From an uncultured Acidobacteriota bacterium (lineage in GTDB: Bacteria > Acidobacteriota > Vicinamibacteria > Vicinamibacterales > SCN-69-37), in assembly GCA_963816795.1 (NCBI GenBank), contig CAWFLT010000003.1:210202-274201 (forward strand): a stretch of DNA of 64,000 bases, in the 5' to 3' direction. The position numbers and the translations under genes are program-made. Shown here in pieces: positions 9,581 through 19,213 of the stretch; positions within the stretch are counted from its first letter, which is position 1; every line of letters begins with the position of its first letter. The notes under the pieces were generated by a model that saw only the letters and a list, made by a program, of their open reading frames with translations, was not told the origin of the DNA and searched no databases.

Positions 9581-11798
9581 TTACCACCGATACACAACGC
9601 CGAACATCGTCGAGTGGGCGGTGTAGGGCCGATACACGTAGCCCATGACCAGCGAACTCGGCTGCACGATGCCGTTGACCACGCTCGGGTCGAACGCGAA
9701 GTCGTAGATGCTCAGCGGCTCGTACAGGTACGAGAACGACGCGGTGAGGCGGCTGGAGAGCCGGTACCGCACGTCGAGGTGCAACTGCTGCAGCTTGTTG
9801 AACACGTTGGGCAGCTGATTGGGCGCCGGGATGGGGCTGCCCACCGGGATGGTGTAGAGGTAGTTCCCCTCTGCGTGGCTGAAGTCGTACGAGAACCGGA
9901 TTTCAGTGTTCTGCCCGATGCGTGGAGGGCTGGCGTAGATCGAGAAGTAGTGCACCGTCTCGGTCGAATCGGCGGTCCAGTCGCGCAGCGGATCGTTGAA
10001 CTGGGCCGTGGACGAATCCCCCTCGTGCGAGCGCTGCAGCCCGGCGTAGCGCTCGTAGTTGTAGCGTCCCGCCCGCGCCCAGGCCGTTCGGCCGCTGGAA
10101 ATCAGCCGCGAGCGAGAACGTACGGCCGCTGGAATCCTGCAGGCCGTAGAAGCTGTTGCTGAATTCGTCCTTGAGGATGCCGGTGCGACACGCTGAACGT
10201 CCAGGCGTCGGACGGCACGATGTCGGCCTGGACCGTGAAGCGATTCCTCGTCCGATCGGCGAGGTCGTAGTGGCGCATCTCGGGATGCTCGCCAATGTCC
10301 GTCAGCAGCGTTTCGTCGAGCCCTGAACCGGTGCGATCGCCGAACTCGTATTGCGTCCGGAACGTGAGCCACGAGGTTCCGACGGCATCGGCCGACACGC
10401 GGAACACGTTCTCGCCGCTCGACTCGACGATCCGCGCATCGTAGCCGTTCCCGTTGTGCGAGTAGCCGAACGTGAGCGCGAACGGCATCAGCTTCGTCCA
10501 GGTGGCGTCGCCGTCGAAGGTCGTCCGGCTGTGCGCGTAGAGGTCCGGACCGCCCGTGGGCGTCGTCGACACGTTCCCGTCGTAGGCGACGTACTGCGTG
10601 ATGCTCGTCGCCGGCATGTGGTTGGCGTAGGTGTAATTGCGGAAGCGCGCGCCGAACCGCCAGTCGGTCGTGCGCGACGTCAGATTCAGGTTCGTCGAGA
10701 ACACGTGCGCCTTGGCGTCGGCGTTGGCGCGCGGCAGCGCGATCGGCGCGACCGTCGAATTGATGGTGAACGGCTCCAGCGGCTCGTCGTTGCTCCACAC
10801 TCCGTAGGAGAAGGAGCCAGTCACCTGGGTCCTTTGCGCCAGCTTGGTGTACCCGCCGAAGCTGATGGTCTGCGCCGAGTTCGACGGCCAGAGGGACATG
10901 CGTCCGCGTCCGGAGTTGCCAGCGACGTCGTCGAGGCGGAGCGGGCTGTCCCAGACCAGCGTCGGCGCGAGGTTGTCGAACCACGACCCGCTGTAGGCGA
11001 CGCGCAGCATGTTGCGCGGGTTCGTCCACTCGGTGCCGATGGTGAAGTCGTTCGCGCGCGACTCGTAGGGAAGGGCCACCTCGACGTCGTTGCTGAACCC
11101 GAAGCTGGCTCCCCACGGCAGCTCGCCGCCGTGTTTCTGCGTGATGAAGCTGGCCGTGACGTCGAGGTTCGTCTTCGGCGTCGCGACCACATCGACGCGA
11201 CCGATGTCGCGCCGCTCGTGCAGCTCGAACTGCGGCGCGAGCGGGACGTAGGCGTTGAGATTGGCCTGGCCGTTCTGGATCGCGCGCTGCGTCGCGTCGT
11301 CGAGCACCAGCGTGCCGCCGCTGCCCGTATAGGGCGTCATCGTGTCGACGCTGTAGAACTGCGGGATCTGCTGGAAGCTCCCGGTGACCGACAGCTTCCC
11401 AACACGGTTGTAGTTGGCGAAGTACTCCTGATCGCGCCAGCCCAGGTTGTTCGCGCGCGCGTCGAAGGTGTAGGCGCCGGCGGGCTGCGCGAACGCATAG
11501 CGGAAGCCGGAGAAGAGCAGCCCGTCGCGGACGTCCTGGTAGCGCTGAAAGCGCGCCGGGTCGCCGTCGATACTGGTGGCGCGGCCGCCGATGAAGAGCT
11601 CCCGGTCGGTCAGCGCGAACAGGCTGCGCGCGTATCCTCGGCCGCGGTCGGGCGCGCGGGGCTGGCGGCCGGCGTCGGCGCTGCCGGTTGTGCCGGCTTC
11701 TGCGTCGGCGGCGGCGCTCCCGCCTGGGCCAGCGCCCGCTCCGGCGCGGCGGCGGCGCCAACGAAAAGGATCAGCGCAATGAACGAGAGGCGTCGCAT
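9581..11798 (-). CDS. MtrB/PioB/MtoB-family outer-membrane porin; about 3 frame disruptions (~11625, ~10190, ~10085)
   Basis: The signal peptide ([25 protein letters not shown]), a middle 412-aa ORF (10102..11340, open further upstream) and the C-terminal part (...[16 protein letters not shown]...[18 protein letters not shown]) join colinearly. It is about 739 aa of beta-strand-rich sequence immediately downstream of a decahaem gene. Confidence 0.8.
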
Positions 11799-11811
11799 GA
11801 TCGTGTCTCCG

Positions 11812-12878
11812 TTACCGCATGTAGAACTGGCCGGACGGGTGGTTCGATCCGTGGACCATCGAGTGGCAGTTCACGCACGACCGTGCCGAACATCCGGTTG
11901 CTCTTGCTGACGGTGATCTGGTCCTTGTCGTAGAGCGTCGCCGGGTGCTTGCTCGCGATGTGGCAGCGCTGGCAGAGCATCGGCATGCGGACCACGAGCA
12001 TCCGGTCGTTGGAGGACCCGTGCGGGTCGTGGCACGTCGCGCAGTTCTCGCGCACCGGCGCGTGCTCGAAGAGCATCGGGCCGCGCATCTCGGTATGACA
12101 GCGTCGTGCACAGCTCGGCGACCGAGCTGCCCGTCTTGAGATTCTTGACGTTGGTGATCGAGCCGTGCGGGTTGTGGCACGAGCTGCAGGACATCTTTCC
12201 TTCGCGCACCGGCATGTGCGCGACGGCGCGTTCAGTCTTGGTCACCTGCAGTCGGTGGCACGTCGCGCAGACCTGCGTTTCGGTCGGCTTCACCAACTGC
12301 CGCTCCGGCGACTTCGGGCTGTGCACGCTGTGACACGTCGCGCACGACAGGTTGCGCCGCTCGTGCGCGCTGCCTTCCCAACCGGCGTGCACGCCGCGAT
12401 TGTGGCAGGAGAGACACGTCTCGTTGAGTTCCGCCGGCTTCAGCGCCTTGAGCTTCGCGATCTTCCCCTTGGCGTCGTCGTCGATGTGTGCCTGGCCCGG
12501 ACCATGGCAGTTCTCGCACCCGGTGCTGGCGACCGGCGCCCGTGGGTTCTTGGTGAGCCAATGTTGCGTGTTCTTTATACTGGCTTCCTGCTCAGCGTGG
12601 CACTCTATGCAGGCAGCGTTGCCGGCATAGCCGGTCTGCGGCGCCGTTGGCCGGGTGACGACCACTGTTGCTGGCGGCCCTTGTTTTGCTGGCGGCGCCT
12701 GGATCGGAGAGCTCGCGACGGAGGACTGCAGGCCGATGACCGCGCCCCACACCAAGGCCACCGTGCTGAAAAACAGTACGGTGCTGACCTTCAGTCGGCC
12801 GCGGTCGCGAGGGCGCATCAGGTTGAGTGCAAAGATAACATGTATTCCGGCTGCCAAACCCATTGCCCTAAAGGCCAA
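11812..12878 (-). CDS. MtrA/DmsE/PioA/MtoA-family periplasmic decahaem cytochrome c; 2 frame disruptions (~12101, ~11891)
   Basis: Ten haem motifs once joined: CIECH, CENCH, CLSCH, CATCH, CATCH, CSSCH, CTTCH (restored by removing one base at ~12101), CATCH, CQRCH, CVNCH. The start may instead be the internal MRPRDRG... at ~12818. Confidence 0.85.
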
Positions 12879-12921
12879 TTGCTTTTCTTATGAAGGCTGT
12901 GCTAAGCGCGCCGCTCCCTGC

Positions 12922-14511
12922 TCAACCAAGCAGCGCCGCGACGATCTGCACGAAGAGGATCTTCACGAGCACCATGGAAGGAAAGATCGTCGCGTAGCCG
13001 ATGTCGGGCCGCTCCGTCGGCACGGCACGGCTCGCGTAGGCCAGGATGGCGGGATTGCCGGTGGCGCCCGACACGATGCCGAACAGATCGCCGACAGGGA
13101 TCGACGAACAACCGTCCCACGATCATCGGGACCAGGACGAGCGCAAGAACGATCAGGGCGCCGAGCAAGACGAACGTCAATCCGGTCTCGGCAATCGTCG
13201 CGGCGAACGCGGGCCCGGAGGCCATCCCCACCTGGGCCAGGAACACGGTGAGCCCGAAGTTTCGCAGCACGAGGTTCGCCGACAACGGGAGCGTCCACAC
13301 GATGCCGGACGTCCGGCGGACCTTGCCGAGCACGAGGGCGACGAGCAGCACCGCGGCCAGCCCCAGCTTGATCGCGCCGACACCAGGGATCGGAAGCGGA
13401 ATCATCCCGACGAGCAGGCCGAGCGCGGCGCCGACGCCGATGGAGATGTAGCTGAAGTCGGCGGCGCCCTTGATGGAGTCGCCATAGAAGCTGCGCACCG
13501 CATCGAAATGCTCACGACCGCACAGCACGCCCACGCGATCGCCGAACTCGAGCACCAGGTCTTCGTCGGGCAGCAGATCGGTGTCGCCGCGGCGCACCTG
13601 CAAGTAGCGGTAGTCGAATCCGCCAGGAATCTTCAAGCGGCTGAGCGGCATCCCGACGACGCTGCGGCGGGACGCGTAGACGCGAACGTAGTCGAGATCG
13701 GTTCGGTCGGCCGCGACCTGGCCAGCCACGCCTTCGCCGATCAACGCGCGTGCGTTGTCGATCGCGGCGGGATCGGTCCCGACGATGAGGAGCACGTCGT
13801 TCGCCTCGAGTCGGGTCGCCGGCGTGGGCACGTGGTTCCGCTGCGCTCGACGGATGGCGACGACCTGGACGCCGCGCACCGAGGGTCCGCTGAAGCTCCG
13901 GGAGCGGCTTGCCGAACAACGCGGCGTTCTGCACGCTGACTTCGACCGGCTGGATCCGGCGGCCGGCTGGTGGCTCTATCTTCGGTTTGAAGATCGCCAG
14001 GTAGGCATACATGCACAGGATCGGCCCGGCGACGCCGAACGGATACGTGACGCCATAGCCGACCGCGGCCTCCTGGCTGTGCAGCGCATCGAGGACGGCC
14101 TGGAGCGCGGGCGTGTTCGTCCCGGAGCCCGCGAACATCCCGAGCGCCTGGGGCAGGCTCGCCGCGCCGGCCTGGAAGATCGCGATCGAGACCAGGCCCG
14201 CGGCGGCCACACCGCAGGAGCCCCGCGACATTGGCCTTCAACCCGTCGGCGCTGGTGAGGCCACGGTACCATTCGGCGCCGTATTGGATGCCCACGCAGT
14301 AGAGGAAGAGCATCAGGCCCAGGGTGCCCACCAGCCCTGGCGCCGTGGACTTCGGCGCGAAGGCGCCGAACGCGAGGCCGACGAAGAGCACCGCCCCCGA
14401 GCCGAGCGAAAACCCTTTGAGGTTGATTTCGCCGATCAGGTAGCCGGCCGCAATGGTCAGGAACAGCGCCGCGAGCGGCGAGGATTCGAGGAGTGCCCTG
14501 AGCCAGTCCAT
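12922..14511 (-). CDS. AAE-family (YidE/YbjL-like) transporter with central TrkA_C/RCK_C domains; 3 frame disruptions (~14225, ~13880, ~13095)
   Basis: N-terminus MDWLRALLESSPLAALFLTIAAGYLIGEINLKGFSLGSGAVLFVGL. Central RCK_C-like region (VQVVAIRR...LEANDVLLIVG; LQVRRGD...LVLEFGDRVGVL). C-terminus ...GDLFGIVSGATGNPAILAYA...VQIVAALLG* is recovered by hand translation. Confidence 0.8.
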
Positions 14512-14538
14512 GCGCGCTCTCCTGCTCCTCGGGCGCGG

Positions 14539-15546
14539 CTACTGAACGAGCTTGCCGGGCAGATATCCGGTGTTCGCCGCCACGTACTGGGCGCGCAGAA
14601 GCGCGGCGACGTCCTCGACGTGCGTCGCGTCCTTGAGACCGCGAATCGCGTCGACCGAGTCGAAGCCGTTGGCGGCGAGCCAGCGGGCGAGCCCGTCGGT
14701 CATCGTCGCGATGTGCTCCGGTCCGTGCCGGAGCAACGCCGAGGTCGTCATTACGACATCGGCGCCGACGAGCAGGTACTTCACGACCTCGACCTCCGTC
14801 TCGACGCCCCGGCTGCCCGCGAGCGAACACCCGAGGCGGCGCGACAAGAGGGCGATCCACACGAGCGAGAGCGGCAGTTCGGCGGCCGTCGACAACGGGA
14901 GCGAGCTCGTCACTCGAAGCGTCTTGAGGTCGATGTCGGGGGCATAGAAGCGGTTGAACAAGACGAGTCCGTCCGCGCCGGCTCGCACCAGCTCGGCCGC
15001 CATATGCGGCAGCGAGCTGAAGTAGGGCGCGAGCTTGACGGCGATCGGAAGGCGCACATTTGAGTCGACCTCCCGAATGATCTCCAGAGAGCGCTGTTCC
15101 ACCTCGGCGCCGCTGACGGCGGGATTGACCGGGAGCGAGTAGACGTTGAGCTCGATCGCCGCGGCCCCCGCCTGTTCGAACGCGCGCGCGTGCTCGATCC
15201 ATCCCTCGGAGGTCGTGCCGTTGAGGCTGGCGATCACCGGGATGTCGAGCGCTTCCGACGCACGGCGCAGCGTCTCGAGATACCCGGACACCCCGCCGTC
15301 ATAGTCGGGAAGCTCAGGGAAATACGAGCCGGTCTCGGCCTGACTGTTCGAGCCGTGCTCGGTATACCGGGCATACGCGTCGTCCTCCGCCCTGATCTGC
15401 TCCTCGTAGAGCGAGAACATCACGACGGCGGCGGCGCCGGCATCCTCCAGACGCCGCATGCCGTCGACCGTCGCGGTGAGCGGCGACGCCGACGCCACGA
15501 TCGGATGCGCGAGCTGAAGGCCGAGATAGCGTGTGGCGAGCGTCAT
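14539..15546 (-). CDS. dihydroorotate dehydrogenase-like (class 1 DHOD / dihydropyrimidine dehydrogenase PreA-like) FMN protein
   Basis: MTLATRYLGLQLAHPIVASASPLT...IELNVYSLP...LPIAVKLAP...GADGLVLFNRF is a DHOD-type TIM-barrel pattern. The ATG overlaps the nifJ stop (ATGA at 15543-15546). The ORF upstream of this ATG lies inside nifJ and is discounted. Confidence 0.85.
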   Translation of the reverse strand: MTLATRYLGLQLAHPIVASASPLTATVDGMRRLEDAGAAAVVMFSLYEEQIRAEDDAYARYTEHGSNSQAETGSYFPELPDYDGGVSGYLETLRRASEALDIPVIASLNGTTSEGWIEHARAFEQAGAAAIELNVYSLPVNPAVSGAEVEQRSLEIIREVDSNVRLPIAVKLAPYFSSLPHMAAELVRAGADGLVLFNRFYAPDIDLKTLRVTSSLPLSTAAELPLSLVWIALLSRRLGCSLAGSRGVETEVEVVKYLLVGADVVMTTSALLRHGPEHIATMTDGLARWLAANGFDSVDAIRGLKDATHVEDVAALLRAQYVAANTGYLPGKLVQ

Positions 15547-18500
15547 GACGGCACGTCCTGCCAGTGCGGGTGGAACCGGCTGCCGTCGCGCGCGGCCAGA
15601 TCCTCGTACACACGGTAGCGCTCCTCGAGCGCGAGTTGCGCCTGTTGGAGCATGCGCTTCGCGGCGTCCGGGTGCGTCTGCGTGAGCGACTTGAAGCGGA
15701 CCTCGTTGTAGCGGTACTCCTCGAGCGGAATGCGTGGCCGCGGCGAGTCGAGCCGGAACGGGTTCATCCCTCGCCCGCGCATCGTCGGGTCGTAGCGGAA
15801 CAGCGGCCAGTACCCCGAGGCGACGGCGCGCGCCGCCTGCTTCATGCCGTGGCGCATGTCGATGCCGTGGGCGATGCACTGCGAGTACGCCAGGATCAGG
15901 GACGATCCCGAGAACGCCTCAGCCTCCCGCATGGCGACGAGCGCCTGCTCGTTGTTGGCGCCCATGGCGATTTGGGCGACGTAGACGTTGCCGTAGGTGA
16001 TCGCCATCAGCGCCAGGTCCTTGCGCGGCGTCGTCTTGCCCGCGGCGGCGAACTTGGCGGATGCGCCGAGCGGCGTCGCCTTCGACGCCTGGCCGCCGGT
16101 GTTCGAGTAGACTTCGGTGTCCAGCACCAGGATGTTCACGTCCTTCCCAGCGGAGAGGACGTGGTCGAGGCCGCCGTAGTCGATGTCGTAGGCCCAGCCG
16201 TCGCCGCCGACAATCCACACCGATCGCCGCACCAGGAAGTCCGCCAGGGCCAGCAGATTCGCCGCCTCCTGGTCGGTCGATCCCGCGAGCTTCGCCTTCA
16301 CCGCGGCCACGCGCTCGCGCTGCACGCGGAAGTCCGACTCGGTCACCTGCGGCGCCTGGAGCACGGCCGTCACGAGCGCCTCACCCACACGCGGCGCCAG
16401 CTTCTGGAGCAGGACGCGAGCCTGCGCGGTCTGGCTGTCGACGGCGAGGCGATAGCCGAGGCCGAACTCGGCGTTGTCCTCGAACAGCGAGTTCGACCAC
16501 GCCGGTCCGCGGCCCTCGGCGTTGGCCGCCCACGGCGTCGTCGGCAGGTTCGCGCCGTAGATCGACGAGCAGCCCGTCGCGTTGGCGATCTGCAGCCGAT
16601 CGCCGAAGAGCTGCGACATCATCTTGAGATACGGCGTCTCGCCGCACCCGGCGCAGGCGCCCGAGAACTCGAACAGCGGCTCCAGGAACTGGACGCCGCG
16701 CACGTTGGCGAAATTGACCCGGGTGCGGTCGGCCCACGGAAGCGTCTCGAAGAAACTGACGCTCTCGCGGCCGGCCTCGAGGTGCTCGAGCCGGTCTTTC
16801 ATGTTGATCGCCTTGATGGCGGCGTCGACCGGGCTGTGCGCAGGACAGTTCTCCACGCAGACCCCGCACCCCGTGCAGTCTTCGACATACACCTGCAGCG
16901 TGAAGCGCGACTCGGGATAGCCGCGGGCGTTGATCGGCGCCGCCTTGAAGCTGATCGGCGCGCCCGCGAGACGGTCCTCGTCGTAGTACTTGGCCCGAAT
17001 CACGCTGTGAGGACAGACGATCGCGCACTGGCCGCACTGGATGCAGAGGTCCGATTCCCAGACCGGCACCTCGTCCGCGATGTTCCGCTTCTCGTAGCGA
17101 GCCGTTCCCGTGGGGTACGTGCCGTCCACCGGAAGCGCACTCACGGGAAGCGTGTCCCCGCGCAGCCCGAGGATCGTCGCGGTCACGTTCTGCACGAACT
17201 CGGGCGCCGACTCGGGCACGAGCGTCAGCCGGATGCGCTTGCCGGCCACCTTCGCCGGGACGCGCACCTCGTGCAGGTTCGCCAGCGCGCTGTCGATCGC
17301 GGCGAAGTTCTTCTGGACGATCTCCTTGCCCTTCTTCGCGTACGTGCGTTCCGTCGCCTTCTTGATCGCCTCGATGGCCGTGTCACGAGGCATCACGCCG
17401 GACAGCGCAAAGAAGCACGTCTGCAGGATCGTGTTGACACGCGATCCCAGGCCGAGTCCGGCGGCCACGCCGGACGCATCGATGACGTGGACCTTGAGCC
17501 CCTTGTCGATCACTTGCTTCTGCACTTCACGCGGCAGCTCGGTCCAGACGTCATCTGGCGCGTACGGGCTGTTGATCAGCACGGTCGCGCCCGGCGCGGC
17601 GGCCGCGAGCGTGTCGAGTTTGTAGAGGAAGTCGAACTTGTGGATGCCGACGAAGCTCGCCGACTTCAGCAGATACGGCGCCCGAATCGGTCGCGGGCCG
17701 AAGCGCAGGTGCGAGATCGTGTAGGAGCCTGACTTCTTCGAATCGTAGACGAAATAGCCCTGGGCATAGCGGTTCGGGTCCGCGGCCAGGATCTTCGTGG
17801 AGTTCTTGTTCGCGCCGACCGTGCCGTCGGCGCCGAGCCCGAAGAACAACGCCCGGACGACCTCCGGCGGCTCGATGTCGAAGCTCGAATCGACCGTGAG
17901 GCTGGTGTGCGTCACATCGTCGTTGATTCCGACGGTGAAACCTCGCTTCGGGTCAGGCTTCTTCAACTCGTCGAAGACCGCCTTCGCCATGGCTGGATCG
18001 AAATCCTTCGAAGACAAACCGTACCGTCCGCCGATGATCACGGGCATCGACTGGATGCGTCCGGCGGCGAGCGCTTCGGCAAATGTGGTGACGACGTCGA
18101 GATACAGCGGCTCACCGGGTCCGCCGGACTCCTTGGTTCGGTCGAGTACGGCGATCCCGCTGACGGTCGTCGGCAGCGCCGCACGAAAGCGTTCCGCGTC
18201 CCAGGGCCGGTAGAGCGCCACGTGGAGCACGCCGACCTTTTCGTCGTGCGCGTTCAGCCAGGCCGCGGTCTCGTCGAGCACCTCGACGGCCGAGCCGATC
18301 ACGATGACGACGCGATCCGCCTCGGGATGGCCGCTGTAGCGGAACAGATGGTACGGCCGGCCCGTGAGCTCGCCGACGCGATCCATCGCCCGCTGCACGA
18401 TCTCGGGCATGCGGGCGTAGTAGGGGTTCGAGGCTTCGCGGGCCTGGAAGAACGTGTCGGGGTTGTGTGCGGTGCCTCGGATGACCGGCCGCTCCGGCGT

Positions 18501-19124
18501 GAGCCCGCGCGCCCGGTGAGCGCGCACCAGCTCGTCGTCGATCGCGGCCCGGATCTGCTCGTCCGGAATCAGGCTGATCTTGCTCTCTTCGTGCGACGTC
18601 CGGAACCCGTCGAAGAAGAACATCACCGGCACGCGCGCTTCGAGCGTGGCCACCTGCGCCACGAGCGCCAGATCGTGCGCCTCCTGTACGGACGACGCGG
18701 CCAGCATCCCCCAGCCGACCATCCGCGCGCTCATCACGTCCGAGTGGTCGCCGAAGATCGACAGGGCCTGCGTCGCGATCGCTCTCGCCGCGATATGGAA
18801 GACGCAGGCGGTGAGCTCGCCCGCAATCTTGTACATGTTGGGGAGCATGAGCAGCAATCCCTGCGAGGCGGTGAAGGTCGTGGTGAGGGCGCCGCTCTGG
18901 AGCGCGCCGTGCACAGCGCCGGCCGCGCCTCCTTCCGATTGCATCTGCTGGATGGACGGCACCTGCCCCCAGATGTTCTTGATCCCCTGCGCCGCCCAGG
19001 CGTCGGCCAGCTCCGCCATCGTGGACGACGGCGTGATCGGGAAGATCGCGAAGACCTCGTTGACGCGGTAGGCAATATGGGCGGCCGCGGTATTGCCGTC
19101 CATGACGACCGACTTAGGGGGCAT
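15543..19124 (-). CDS. nifJ: pyruvate:ferredoxin (flavodoxin) oxidoreductase, single-polypeptide type
   Basis: 1193-aa intact ORF starting MDGNTAAAHIAYRVNEVFAIFPITPSS. Two ferredoxin-type clusters (CIQCGQCAIVCP, CTGCGVCVENCP). TPP-binding region GGDGWAYDIDYGGLDH. Confidence 0.97.
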   Translation of the reverse strand: MPPKSVVMDGNTAAAHIAYRVNEVFAIFPITPSSTMAELADAWAAQGIKNIWGQVPSIQQMQSEGGAAGAVHGALQSGALTTTFTASQGLLLMLPNMYKIAGELTACVFHIAARAIATQALSIFGDHSDVMSARMVGWGMLAASSVQEAHDLALVAQVATLEARVPVMFFFDGFRTSHEESKISLIPDEQIRAAIDDELVRAHRARGLTPERPVIRGTAHNPDTFFQAREASNPYYARMPEIVQRAMDRVGELTGRPYHLFRYSGHPEADRVVIVIGSAVEVLDETAAWLNAHDEKVGVLHVALYRPWDAERFRAALPTTVSGIAVLDRTKESGGPGEPLYLDVVTTFAEALAAGRIQSMPVIIGGRYGLSSKDFDPAMAKAVFDELKKPDPKRGFTVGINDDVTHTSLTVDSSFDIEPPEVVRALFFGLGADGTVGANKNSTKILAADPNRYAQGYFVYDSKKSGSYTISHLRFGPRPIRAPYLLKSASFVGIHKFDFLYKLDTLAAAAPGATVLINSPYAPDDVWTELPREVQKQVIDKGLKVHVIDASGVAAGLGLGSRVNTILQTCFFALSGVMPRDTAIEAIKKATERTYAKKGKEIVQKNFAAIDSALANLHEVRVPAKVAGKRIRLTLVPESAPEFVQNVTATILGLRGDTLPVSALPVDGTYPTGTARYEKRNIADEVPVWESDLCIQCGQCAIVCPHSVIRAKYYDEDRLAGAPISFKAAPINARGYPESRFTLQVYVEDCTGCGVCVENCPAHSPVDAAIKAINMKDRLEHLEAGRESVSFFETLPWADRTRVNFANVRGVQFLEPLFEFSGACAGCGETPYLKMMSQLFGDRLQIANATGCSSIYGANLPTTPWAANAEGRGPAWSNSLFEDNAEFGLGYRLAVDSQTAQARVLLQKLAPRVGEALVTAVLQAPQVTESDFRVQRERVAAVKAKLAGSTDQEAANLLALADFLVRRSVWIVGGDGWAYDIDYGGLDHVLSAGKDVNILVLDTEVYSNTGGQASKATPLGASAKFAAAGKTTPRKDLALMAITYGNVYVAQIAMGANNEQALVAMREAEAFSGSSLILAYSQCIAHGIDMRHGMKQAARAVASGYWPLFRYDPTMRGRGMNPFRLDSPRPRIPLEEYRYNEVRFKSLTQTHPDAAKRMLQQAQLALEERYRVYEDLAARDGSRFHPHWQDVPS

Positions 19125-19141
19125 GGGTCCTCGTTTCGGAC

Positions 19142-19196
19142 GGAGGGGCCGGCTTCAGCCGGCCCGGCAAATGGGCGGGCTGAAGCCCGCTCCTCC
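19142..19196 (-). other. nested GC-rich stem-loops in the gltD-like/nifJ intercistronic spacer
   Basis: GGGCCGGC-TTCA-GCCGGCCC (19146-19165) and GCGGGC-TGAA-GCCCGC (19175-19190) are bracketed by GGAGG...CCTCC (19142-19146/19192-19196). All lie within the 89-nt gap. Confidence 0.5.
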
Positions 19197-19213
19197 ATCG
19201 GGCTTTTGAACGC

